From Prorocentrum cordatum (taxonomy: Eukaryota): DNA of 64,000 nt. Location of the stretch: NCBI GenBank assembly GCA_963575745.1, contig CAUYUJ010000059.1:496001-560000 (forward strand), in the 5' to 3' direction. A program made the position numbers and the translations under genes. Below the pieces are notes generated by a model. The model searched no databases. It was not told the DNA's origin and was given only the letters and a program-made list of their open reading frames with translations. Positions 39,295 to 50,639 of this stretch are shown here, one piece after another; position 1 is the first letter of the stretch; every line of letters begins with the position of its first letter.

Positions 39295-39862
39295 CGACGC
39301 TAATGAGGATGAAGATGAGAGGAGGAGAAGAAAATTAGCTTGGCGAAGGACCCAACCATATGCAGCTGCGAGTACCGCACGGATATGAGACGAAGGAGGG
39401 GGCACGCAAACTGGGCCCCTCTTCTCATAGGCACCGCGCCACTGGGGCCTTCGGTGGAGCTCCCCATGGGGCCACGAAACGTGTGAGGGGTGTGCCGAAA
39501 TGGGTGTTGGGGAGGCATGCGAACCCTGGAGGGAGGAGGGCGAGGAGGAGGAGGAGGAGGAGGAGGAGGAGGAGGAGAGGAACGCGGGGCACCGTCTCTT
39601 CAAAACGAGGACCCAACACCACAGGATGGTTGGGAAAAAGAGGAGGAGGAGGAGGAGGAGGAGGAGGAGGAGTAGGAGGAGGAGGAGGAGGAGGACACGC
39701 GGGGACCGTCTTTTCAAAACGAGGACCCAACAACACAGGTCGGTTGGGAAATAGTCCAGGGACGACTTTCTGGCTGTTTTTGAGCATCTGGGGCCATTTT
39801 GGGAAGTTGTTTTTTTCATTGGTCGTCCAAGGTCCCCCTGCAGGGGGACAGGCCCGACCTAA
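37196..39862. mobile_element. TIR family A copy 6, forming intron 1 of the channel gene
   Basis: Termini GTGAGTCGG-CCTGTCCCTCTACAGAGGG / CCCCCTGCAGGGGGACAGGCCCGACCTAA; TSD CACAAGGC / CACGAGGC. Removing the nested insert 37246-39750 leaves ~162 bp. Confidence 0.85.
37246..39750 (-). mobile_element. Helitron2/Helentron-like element with a ~77-bp array and (GAT)n, containing a nested short copy at 39334-39636
   Basis: Two left ends (37246, 39334) and two right ends (39636, 39750). Confidence 0.65.
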
Positions 39863-39868
39863 CACGAG

Positions 39869-40024
39869 GCGGAGCTGACGCGGGCGGCCGAGCTGATCGG
39901 GCAGGAGCTCGGGCGCGCGGTGGGCGAGGCGCTGCTGCGCGGTCAGGGCCTGGCGGCGTCATCCGCGCGCGGCGCGCCGTCCGCCGCGCGGGCCGGCGGG
40001 AGCGTGCCCCCGCAGGCGCGGCAG
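39869..40024 (+). CDS. Exon 2 of the channel gene (AELTRAAELIGQELGRAVGEALLRG...)
   Basis: CACGAG|GCG acceptor, open GC3-rich frame, donor CAG|GT at 40025 (an alternative in-frame CAG|GC at 40016 is possible). Phase 0 on both sides. Confidence 0.6.
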
Positions 40025-40761
40025 GTGCCGTCCTCCTCCTCCTCCTCCTCCTCCTCCTCCTCTTCCTCCTCCTCCTCCTCTCCTCCTCCTCCTCCTCCCC
40101 TCCTCCTCCCTCCTCCTCCTCCTCCTCCTCCCTCCTCCTCCTCCTCCTCCTCCTCCTCCTCCTCCTCCTCCTCCTCCTCCTCCTCTCCTCCCTCCTCCTC
40201 CTCCCCCCCTTTTTTCTCCTCCTCCTCCTCCTCCTCCTCCTCCTCCTCCTCCTCCTCCTCCTCCTCCTCCTCCTCTTCCTCCTCCTCCTCATCATCATCA
40301 TCATCCTCCAAGCAAGCGACGCGCTGATCAAGCAGTGGCGAAGCGTCCTGGCTCGCCTATAACCCTACCGAACAGTGTGCTGATGGACCTGTTTTCCACC
40401 ACCACCACCACCACCATAAGTTGGAGGGGGAATTGGGGTCCTCCTCCTGCTCCTCCTCCTCCTCCTCCTCCTCCTCCTCCTCCTCCTCCTGCTCCTCTTC
40501 GTCCTCCTCCTCCTCCTCCTCATCCCACTTCCCCCCTCCAACTTATGGTGGTGGTGACGGAAAACAAGCCCATCAATGTTCTAAAACCTTTTGTGGTTCT
40601 TACGAAATGTTATTGGAACATGTCTGGCGGAGTCTGTCTTGTTTTATCACATCGGGCTTACGTTCTAAGAACATGGTTTTGTTATTCGAACGTTTGGGGG
40701 TTCTAAGAACGTTTCGTGGTAGGACTATAGGAATGCCGGGACGGTCGGTCCCCGCTCAAAG

Positions 40762-42051
40762 GGCGCCAGCCAGGTCGAGGATGAGGCGGCGGCCGGCGGC
40801 CAGCAGGAGCGCGAGGCCCCGAAGCCCTCGCCGCCAAGCCCGTCGAAGCACGTCGTGGCGATCGGGGACCTCGCCGACGTCGATCCAGCCGGGAACGATC
40901 CGCTCGGAGGCGGCGAAGCGCGAAGGATGAGCAGCCGCGGCGGGAGCGACTCAGATGCCAGGAGAACCACAAAAGAATCGAGCTGTTCTGCGGCGAACTA
41001 CTCTGTCCTTGGCTACTCAGAACGGACTAGGTTCGAGAGGTTGATCAGGGGTGTCACGGCACAAATGAATGTGGAAGAGCCGCAACACCACGGACTTCTA
41101 GCGGAGTTTGTTCAAAGTAGGGCATTTGACATCAGTTGCAATTTGGTCGTTCTCTTGAATTGTATATTCGTTGTCTGGGCGGCGAATCACTCAGTGGGGA
41201 CTTCCGATGCAAATGACACGATTGCGTTGGCTGAATTCGTTTTCACCGCATTTTATTGTGTTGAGCTCGTCTTGAAGCTCTGGGTCCACCGATTGTTCTT
41301 CTTCACCAACGAAGACGCGGCATTCAATATATTGGACTTGGCTTTGGTGCTCATGGCTCTGTTCGAGATTTCGATATTACCACTCCTGCAAACAGGCTCG
41401 GGCGCAGTAGACCCTACGTTTTTGCGGATCCTCCGCATCTTCAAGGTTGTCAAAGTCCTCCGAATGATGCGCGCCCTCCACGCGTTCAAGGACATCCGCG
41501 TAATGATAGATTGTTTGGTGCACTCAGTCTGGCCCTTGGTTTGGGCGAGTGCACTGCTCGGATTCCTATCATCCCTCTTCGCCATTTACTTCGTCCAAAG
41601 TGTGGCTGCCGCTTTGTCGGATGGCAACCTGAGCCCCGCCCAAGAGAAAGAGTTGCTGGAGCACTTTGGACAGGTAGAGACAGCGTTGTTCTCGCTGATA
41701 GTGGCCACGACAGGAGGCAACGACTGGGCATATTATTACGAGAGGCTGGAGCCATTAGGGGGCTTTGCGTGCGTTGTATACGTCGTCTACATAATGTTCA
41801 TGTTCCTTGCGGTGATGAACATCGTTACGAGCGTGTTTTTGGACAAAGCGATGGAGATCGCCAAGCCATGCTCGGAGAACGAGGTACTGGACAAGTGCCA
41901 CTCGGACCTGCATGACGCAGACGAGCTTATCCGCATGGTGTCTGGCAAGCGCGAGGATGACCAAGACACCATCACCTTCGGCGAGTTCGTTGGCTACATG
42001 AACGAGCGAGAGTTCCGGAAGCATTTCGATGCACGGGGCCTGACCCAACAG
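40762..42051 (+). CDS. Exon 3 of the channel gene: ion-transport (6TM) domain plus EF-hand-like motif
   Basis: S1-S3 hydrophobic helices (FYCVELVLKL, WN-like 'FNILD'), S4 'LRILRIFKVVKVLRMMRALHAF', pore 'TTGGNDW', S6 'MNIVTSVFLDKAM', EF-hand-like 'DDQDTITFGEF'. Acceptor TCAAAG|G at 40761, donor CAG|GC at 42052. Confidence 0.9.
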
Positions 42052-42416
42052 GCGGGGGGGTCAAAGAATGGGGTGAGGATTGCGTGTGTGACCGGGGCCA
42101 TTGAATGTCCCAGAATTCATGGCCGTTATGCTTATTACTTTCCGTATGTGTCTGAGTCGTCTTAGTATTGTTCTTAGTGTTCTCAAGTATTCGTAGTACT
42201 AGTCTTGTAAGTCGCATTATCATCATTAGTATTATTATGAGTGTTATTACCGTTATCATTGTTATTATTATCAGTTGTATTGATGTCACTATTATATTAA
42301 ATATTTGTTTAGTGCATCTCATCCCCCACCACTCGTCCGCGCAGATGCCTCGGGCCAGGATGCGCCAACCTCCGCCTGCCACAACTCCCCCCCATCCTGG
42401 AAGCCCCCCGGGAAAG

Positions 42417-42538
42417 GACACGAGGATGCTGTTCAAGATGCTCACCTCCTACAACTCTGGCACGGTTTGCCAGGGCGGCGAGAAGAGGGTCCAGCTCTCC
42501 GCCTTCCTGGCGGGCTGCATGCGGCTGAAGGGGGAGGC
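42417..42538 (+). CDS. Exon 4 of the channel gene (DTRMLFKML...AFLAGCMRLKGEA)
   Basis: GAAAG|GAC acceptor gives the in-frame join RGLTQQ|DTRMLFKML. Carries the F..GCMRLKG motif typical of the C-terminus of these channels. GT donor at 42539. Confidence 0.8.
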
Positions 42539-42746
42539 GTCCGACATTTAGTTTATGTTGAAAACGTTCAATTGCTCGGCAACGGAAAAGCAGCAACGGC
42601 AGCCCAAAACAGATCAACCATTGGTAGTCCAAAACGGAACCGAACCGAAAACGGCTCGAGCGAGAATCCCAAAATGTCAGACAAACGTCGATACGGAAAG
42701 CGTCAAAAACGAAAGCCTCCAGCGTTGCGAACAGAGCATCTCTGAG

Positions 42747-42912
42747 GTCCAGCATGGACGTGTACGCCATCAGCTGCGGGCTGCACTTCGTGCGCGCAGC
42801 CCAGGCCGAGTTCGGCGCCTGGGCGGAGGGGCAGTTCGCGGAGCTCAGGGCCCGCCTGGAGGACACGGCGGCCCTGACCCGCGCCCCGGGCCGCGGGCCT
42901 CCTGGGAGCTGA
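42747..42912 (+). CDS. Exon 5 (last) of the channel gene
   Basis: CTGAG|G acceptor restores LKGEA-SSMDVYAI... in frame. TGA stop at 42910-42912. Confidence 0.75.
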
Positions 42913-45201
42913 GGGCGCCCCGTGCGGCTCGGTCGCAGCCCCACGACTGCCCGGCGAGCGGCGCCCCCTACGGGAAGCGGCAGCCGACCGAGGACAGGAG
43001 GGGGAGGGCGAGGAGGAGGGAAAGGGAAAGGGGGATGAGGAAGAGGAGGAGGAGGAGGAGGAGGAGGAGGAGGATTAGGAGGAGGGGGAGGGGGAGGGCG
43101 AGAGGGAGGAGGAGGAGGAGGAGGAGGAGGAGGAGGAGCAGCAGCAGCAGCAGGAGGAGCAGCAGGAGGAGCAGCAGCAGGAGGAGGAGGAGGAGGAGGA
43201 GGCTCGGGGAGGCTCGGGTGCTGCCAGGAGTGTGCCTGGCCCAGGGTGTCCGCAGGATGTCTAGGGAGGACCTCACGGCCTCCAGAAAACCCCATCACGA
43301 GGCCCCGAGGGCTCCAGGGGGTCCAAGATGAGGCGAGAAGCTGGGGGCACGGTGTGCCAGGAACGCCTTGAGCAACCCCCCCAGAGGAGAAAAGGGAGGT
43401 GGTGCCTTCGCTCGAGGGAACAGCACCGCTGCGGGTGCGCAGATCGGGGACATCCCCTCAGGCGATATGCCGCTCTTGGCTCTGCAGGCCCTGGCCAGGG
43501 GGGCTCATGACTGTGGCCGGGGCCACGGGGCACGCAGTCCAGGCCCCACGCGGAAGGCGTTTTGGCCCTCGGGGCCGCTTGCAGCGATCTCGGCCCGACG
43601 GGGTCGCGCAAAGGTGTTCTCTTGAAGACGCTGCGCGAAGGGAGGCCGACGGCTCACAGGGCCACCTGGCGGTGCTGGCTGCAGCGGCTCTGGGGGCTCT
43701 TTTGGAGCCCCGCTGGGGCTTCCCCGATGACACACCCCACACTCCCCGTATCCTTCCCTCTCCCTCTCCCCTCTCAAATCCCATCCAGTTTCTCCCTCCC
43801 GCTGATGATAATGCTCTAGTGCTTGGAGTTCCCAATGTATGGAGCTCTCGGCCGGCCCTGAAGCGGTCACGCTAGCTAAATGCCTGCGTCACGCGTGCTC
43901 AAAGGCGATCGGTCGGCAGCAGCTCTTTTGGCGACGACACCGCCATGCTGATACGGCCTCGAGCCGCTCTAGTTTTGAACCTGGCTCGCAGGGCACGCAG
44001 TCCAGGCTGCCCTAGGAGCGCGCTCGGGCCCTCGGGGGATCGCAGCGCGCACGCCTGCAGCCATCTCGGCACGAAGGGCTCGCGCGAAGACGGCCTCGCC
44101 TGCAGTCTGGCCCAGAGGGAGGAGGGCAATGCTGGGAGGCGCTCTGGCCCTCGGGGCATCAGAGCGGGGCCGTCTGCAGCGAGCGCGTGAAGGCAATCCG
44201 TGGAGTACGACGGTTGCAGCGACCGGCCTCGTGGTTGCAGTGGTATTGGCGGGTGGTGCGTCGCAGACGCCATCAAAGCGTAGCCCCGCTGCGCAATAAG
44301 AGGCCGATGCTGCTTTCAACTGCCCTCGAGACTCTCGTGCTGTGCTGGGGCTTTCTTCAGGACGGGCCCCCGCCCCATACCCTAATATCTGTCCTCCTTC
44401 TCCTCCAACCCCACCTCCCCCTGGAGTTTGCGGATCCGTATGTCCAGGATCTGAGCTTCAATGTTTATACGCAGCTTCCCAATAGCAAACGCATTACGCG
44501 AAAATCACAATGAATTATCCAGTTGCTTGCGGCAAGTCCCGCACCGTGCCAGCTCAGCACTCTGGGTGACGTCTGGTCAAGGGGCCCCACAGGAGGCAGT
44601 AACGTGTGAGACCTCGTGCCCCGAGGCTTGGGAGAGCCGTATGATGTGACACGCTCTTTCGCGTCGCTGTGTCTATCCTGAACCTCGGTGCCGGCCTCGT
44701 CTAGGCCGTCTGGTCCCCTCTCTCAACGTTCCTCCTGCCCCACCTCCTCGCTGTTTCTGCTCCTTCATCTTGCCCCACCCTCTGTGTGGCGACGGTAGGA
44801 ACAAACCCAGAAGGTCGCAACATGTGACGCCTCTGCTGTGCTGGGATGCTGTGAGGCCGTTACAGGGTGGAGTAGGAGCACGAGGAAAATGAGGAGGAGA
44901 CGGAGGAGGAAGAGGGAGGACGTACAGTGCCGTTTTTTATACATGCTCCGCGTGCGGATCATGAATCAAAAATGCAGGGATTCAGTATTGAAAACAACGA
45001 CGAGTTCATGCATAAATGTACCCATAAAGTAAGCATGTATTAAAAATCCGATGTTGTTAAAAATCCCATGTTTGGAAAACTGCCCTGTAACATGCTCTCG
45101 CACGCCTGGAGGTCGGCGAATGCCGGATGCGCTGCGCGATACCTGGGCAGCGGCAGACCGGCGAAGCAAGCTCACGCAGCCGCACCGCTTGCCAACAATA
45201 T

Positions 45202-45508
45202 AGTGTACAGATCTTTGATGTCGTGTCGGGGGTGGACAGACCTTCTACCCTGACACGCCGATTAAGGAATTGCTGGTCCACTCTGTAAGAACGGTTTTTG
45301 AAGGCAGATCTGCCTTCAAAAAACCGTTCTTACAGAGTAGACCATTTTTTGAAGGCAGATCTGCCTTCAAAAAACCGTTCTTACAGAGTAGACCATTTTT
45401 TGAAGGCAGATCTGCCTTCAAAAAACCGTTCTTACAGAGTGTACAGATCCTTGATGTCGTGTCGGGGGTGGACAGACCTTCTACCCTGACACGCCGATTA
45501 AGGAATTG
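45202..45508. repeat. Three 51-bp palindrome-containing units between 71-bp direct repeats
   Basis: TTTTTGAAGGCAGATCTGCCTTCAAAAA three times; direct repeats at 45202-45272 and 45438-45508. Confidence 0.9.
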
Positions 45509-46285
45509 GCCGTTTTCGGTTCGCGAGGGGGCGTCGCGGCCGTCATTTTTGCGGGTCCAGGTCCGTCGGTTTCGGTCCCAGGCCGTTTCCGCGAAGGGGA
45601 GGTTTACTAAAGGGAGTTTTGTCCACCGCCGAAACATAGCGTGTACACATCATTTCTTTGGTGGTTTTCTAGGTGGCCAGGCGGCCCACCACACGGCAAC
45701 GCCGATGCGCCAGCGTCAGCTGATATTTCAATTATCGCTCAAGCCAGGAACACTGGTGAGTGTCAAGGCTACCCTCCCTGCCTCTCGAGGCGCTCTCTTC
45801 TTTGCTCTGTTCGTTAATGTGCTGGGTCTCACATCGCAGGTTTTCTTCCAGAGGCTCCGCGGTCTCCTGAAAGCCGCAAGCAGCTACCTTCAAAGCCGCC
45901 GAACAGCTTAACGAAGTTGCACTTGTCAGAACAGTGCAGAAATCTGTGTACGGTGACGGGGCGGGCGCCTCCGGAAGGCCGCAACATGTGACACACATCG
46001 CCTCTATTCTCAGAGATGTCCTCATGAGGATCGCCTCGGCTTTATTGGAGATGTCCTGGGTTGCAGACAATCTGGGGGCTGAGTAGGAGGATGAGCAAAA
46101 CGGGAGTTGAGGGGGTGAGATCGCAGTGAAACGGAGAGCGCCCCACCGGGAATTGGTTCCGGTGTTGTGTTTGTATCGTGCGTGCGGGCGAGGCGAAGTT
46201 GCGTGGGCGAGCGAGAGACACGAACGCTCCCCTCCGTTGACTAGGGCGCCGCCAATCCAAGGTTGTCCAGGGGTGTCTTGCGGGT

Positions 46286-47688
46286 GTTCCACTGGTGCCC
46301 TGTCGGTGTCCCAGCGGTGTCCCGTAGAGAGATCAACAGTGAGATCGATAGTGAGATCGATAGTGAAATCGATAGTGAGATCGACAGTGAGATCGATAGT
46401 AAGGTCGATAGTGAGATCGATAGTGAGATCGATAGTGAGATCGATAGTGAGATCGATAGTGAGATCGATCGTGAGATCGATCGTGAGATCGATAGTGAGA
46501 CCGATAGTGAGATCGACAGTGAGATCGATTGTGAGATCGATTGTGAGATCGATAGTGAGGCCGATTGTGATATCAATGGCGAGGTCCATAGTGAGATCCT
46601 CAGTGAGAGGGATAGTGAGATCGATTGTGAGATCGATTTTGAGGTCGGTCGAGTAAGATTGATAGTGAGATCGATAGTGTGATCAATAGCGAGATCGATG
46701 CTGAGATCGATATCGAGATCGGCCAAGAGAGATCGATAGTAAGGTCAATAGTGAGACCGATATTCAGATCGATAGTGAGATCGATAGCGAGATTGATAGT
46801 AAGATTGATCGTAAGATCGATAGTGAGATCCATAGTGAGATTGATAGTGGGATCGATAGTATGATGGGTAGTAACGTTGATAGTTATATATCGACAGTAA
46901 GATCGATGGTGCGATCGGTAGTAAGATCGATTGAGTGAGACGTTTGTTCCTCCCCCTCCCCTTCCCCCCCCCCGAACCTCCTTATCACCCGAATGGTGTT
47001 CGTATAGGTAATATGGAGAAGGAGGAAGAGCAAGGACTTAAAAAGCGACACCTCTTGCAGGGAGTCCTCTGGAAATCGGAATCGAATATTTTACGACCAG
47101 ATTTCGTGTGATTAGGAGGTTATAGGGGTGGAGGGGGCAATTGACGACCTCTGCAGTGGCCGTCCTGGTGACGACGAGTTGGCGACGACGCACGACGACG
47201 ATGCTGGTGACAACGCATGATGGCGATGCACGGCGGCGATGCCAGTGACAATGCATGTGGTAGTGGTGATGCGTGGCGGCGATGTTGGTGACGAGCGGGG
47301 CATCGCAAACGGGCAGCGCACAAGCATCAAGCAATTGTGACTGGCAGAGACTGGCTAGCGGCACGACGCACTTGGTGATTGCGTCACCATCGCAGTCGCA
47401 GGCAAATACATGCCACCTCCATTGCTGCCCATGAGACCACAGGGCGCGACAGGACACCACTGTCGATCTCATTATGGACCCCACGATCGATCCCACTATG
47501 GATCTCACTGTCGGCCTCGCCATCGATGTATCTATCGATACCACTATCGACCTAAATTTCTATCTACATATCGACCTGTCCCTCGATGGCACTATCTCGT
47601 TCACTCTCGTTCTCACCATCGATTTCACTATCGATGCCACGCTCGATCTCACTACAATATACCAAAGCATCAGGGATACCAGCGGAAC
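46286..47688. repeat. Foldback-like structure with inverted (GATCGATAGTGA)n arms
   Basis: 12-bp array at ~46330-46932, reverse-complement array at ~47458-47655, and inverted outer ~17-bp ends. Confidence 0.65.
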
Positions 47689-48159
47689 CAGGTGGGATTT
47701 ATTTGTCCGCACGTTCGCTTCTGTTGGATTTTATGACAAGAACTACTCCCTGCATTGAGCTCCCCATATGTGCATCTTTTTGCATGGACCTTTCCGCCGT
47801 GAGTGTCTGGGCGCCAGAGACTTCGAATATACATTGGCATGAGCAGTGACTGACTGGGCGTGCATCGAACTGTGAACGAGTTGGGGTGTGAACGAGTCTC
47901 AGTAGTACGGGTGAGTCCATGCGCATGAGTCTGAGTATGTCTAAGCTTAGGATAAGAGTATCTGCGCGTCAGTGGCCTGCGCATGGCAGAGCGTGACTGA
48001 GTCGAAATGGCTACGCGATCCCTCCCTCCATGATGAAGCAAGGAATAGGTGTGATCACAAACCCCATGCAAAGCCCTTGCGCTTCAGTGGTTGGCGCAGA
48101 AGCTCTCACCCAGTGGCTGGACCGTGATGTAGCCAGCCACGCCACTGAGAGGAGAGGCC

Positions 48160-49080
48160 AACTCTATAGGAACATGCGTAAAACACATAGGACTGGAGCA
48201 ATTGGAAAGGGACAATATATAGGAACATACGTAAAGCACTAAGGATCCGTGCCCCGGGAGAGGTTCATTCTACAGGAACATACGGAAATACACATAGCAT
48301 TGAAGCCACATGAGAGGGGCAATGTATAGGAACATACGTAAAGCACTAAGGGTTCGTGCCCCAGTAGAGGCTCAATCTATAGGAACGCACGGAAACACGT
48401 AGGATTGGAGCAATCAGACAAGGGCATGTTATAGGAACATACGTAAAAGATTAAGGGTTCGTGCCCCAGGAGAGGCCCTATCTGTAGGAGCGGATCAAAA
48501 CGCGCAGGATCGAAGCCACAGGAGAAAGACAATACATAGGAACATGTGTAATTCTCATAGGATGGAAGCCACTGTTATGGCCTTCTGCGGCCTCCTGGGA
48601 CCTCCTTGTGCTTCCTGGACTGGTGCCTCCTGGTGGCTCCTGGGGCCTCCTGAAGGCTCCTGGGGCCTCTTCGGGAGTCTCGAGGCCTCCTGGAACCTCT
48701 TGGGGCATCCTGGTGCCCCTGGGGGCTTGCTGGGGCCTCCTGGAACTTCCTGAAGCCTCCTGGTGCCTACTGAAGCCTCCTGGTGCATCCTGAAGAGGAT
48801 CCGTGCCCCTGTGAGATGCCCGATCTAGAGGAACAGGCGCAGAACACTTTGGATTGGAGCCACAAGGGAGTGGCAATCTATAGGGACATACGTAAACCGT
48901 TAAGGAGTCGTGCCCCGAGAGAGGCTCAATCTAGAGGAACACACGGAAACACACATAGGATTGGAGCCACCAGAGAAGGGCATGTTATAGGAACATGCGT
49001 ACAGCATTAAGGATTCGCGCCCCAGGAGAAGCCCCAATCTATAGGAACACGTGTACATTACATAGGATTGGAGCCACTCC
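48160..49080. repeat. Diverged ~110-120-bp ATAGGAACA-containing array, interrupted by CCTCCTGG-rich tracts
   Basis: ATAGGAACATACGTAAA and ATAGGATTGGAGC recur. Confidence 0.7.
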
Positions 49081-49878
49081 TGTGGCCTCCTGGGGCTTCT
49101 TGTGGCCTCTTGGAGCCTCGTGGGGCCTGCTGGTGCCTCCGAGGGCCTCCTGGAACCTCTTGGGGCTTCATGGGGCCTCCTGGGACATCCGCAGGCATCC
49201 TGGTGCCTCCTGTGCTGTCCTGGTGTTTCTTGGTGCTTCCTGGGGCATCCTGGTGTCTCCTGGGAACGCAAGCGAGCCTGGCCACCAAAATACCCAAACC
49301 GCTCGAGACGTCCTCGCAATCTGGGCACCCTGGGTTGCGAAAACCAGCGCCTCGCCCGAGGCATCCTCAAAATCGGATCCGACAGCGGATGATCTGAAAA
49401 AAACAGCGCCTCGCTTGAGACATCTTCCAAATCTGCTACGAAAGCGGAGGATGTCGGGTGGTGGAACAGGCAAACAGTTCCAGACATCTTTTGTGGGTGC
49501 GAACGGCAGAGTAAGATATCCTTTGGCGGCTACCCTTGGTTGTGCTGAAGCAGCGCCTCGCCCGAGATATCCTCAAAATCTGTTCCGTCGTCATCACCAT
49601 CAGCAGCAGCATCATCATCATCATCAGCATCGTAACGTTCATTCTCGTCATCATCTAAATCACCATCATCATCATCATCATCAGCATCATCATCATTAAA
49701 TTGGGCTTGGTCACCAGCATCAGTATCAACATCATCAGCAGCAGCAACATCGTTGTCATCATTGTCATCATCATCAATTCCGTCATCCTTATCATCATCA
49801 CCAGCACCACCCTCATGTTCAGCAGCAGCATCGCCATCATAATCATCATCCTCGTCATCATCTCAACCATCAGAATCA

Positions 49879-49910
<32 letters not shown>

Positions 49911-50639
49911 GTGGTCATCAGCGTCATCATCATCCTCATCAGTAGCAGCATCATCATGGTCACCTTCATCAGCATCACCATCATCGCCATCGTCAACAAT
50001 GGGCGACAGCATCCACGAACATCATTATCATCACCAGCATCAGCATCATCATGATAGTTGACATCAGCATAACATAACCCAAATAGCGACCCTGAGTGCG
50101 ACTCTCAGCGAGGAAGCGGAGAAGGAGAAGGTGAAAGGAGTCGGCGCGGTCGGAGTAAGAACAAGAACCCCATCCTTCGGATATGGGGAACACGCAACGC
50201 CACGGCATCATGATACACCACGGGACACCACGATCGATCTCACTAATTATCGATATCGTTATCAATAGCACATCGGCATCGTTATCGGTCTAGGTGGCGT
50301 GTATTTGCCAGGCCTCCCCTTTCGTGAACACACACACAATACCAACGCACAGGACAATATATTTGACCATCTATGCCCGAGCGCTCTTCTCTTTATAGAA
50401 GAGTATATTAAGAACATACAATGCTGCTGGACACCAATAGACACCACGAAAAAAACGCTATCGATCCCATCACCGATTTCCCTCGACCGATCGATCTCAC
50501 TATGTATCGACCTCGCCGTCGAAATCACGTTATCCGTAAAGGTTTCGCCTCATGCCGCCGGCCCCCTGTCTCGGATAATGGGAGTTGCAAAAGCTAAATC
50601 ATGAGGTCTGGGCGCCGCCGTGAAGCAACGTCGGGACCT

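Noticed and set aside
42052..42165. C-terminal tail of the 436-aa ORF in the track
   Set aside because: Better explained as intron read-through, since channel homology resumes at 42417.
45640..46130. Possible coding or retroelement fragments (also ~28545-28860 and ~35310-36130)
   Set aside because: No diagnostic motif found in any frame.
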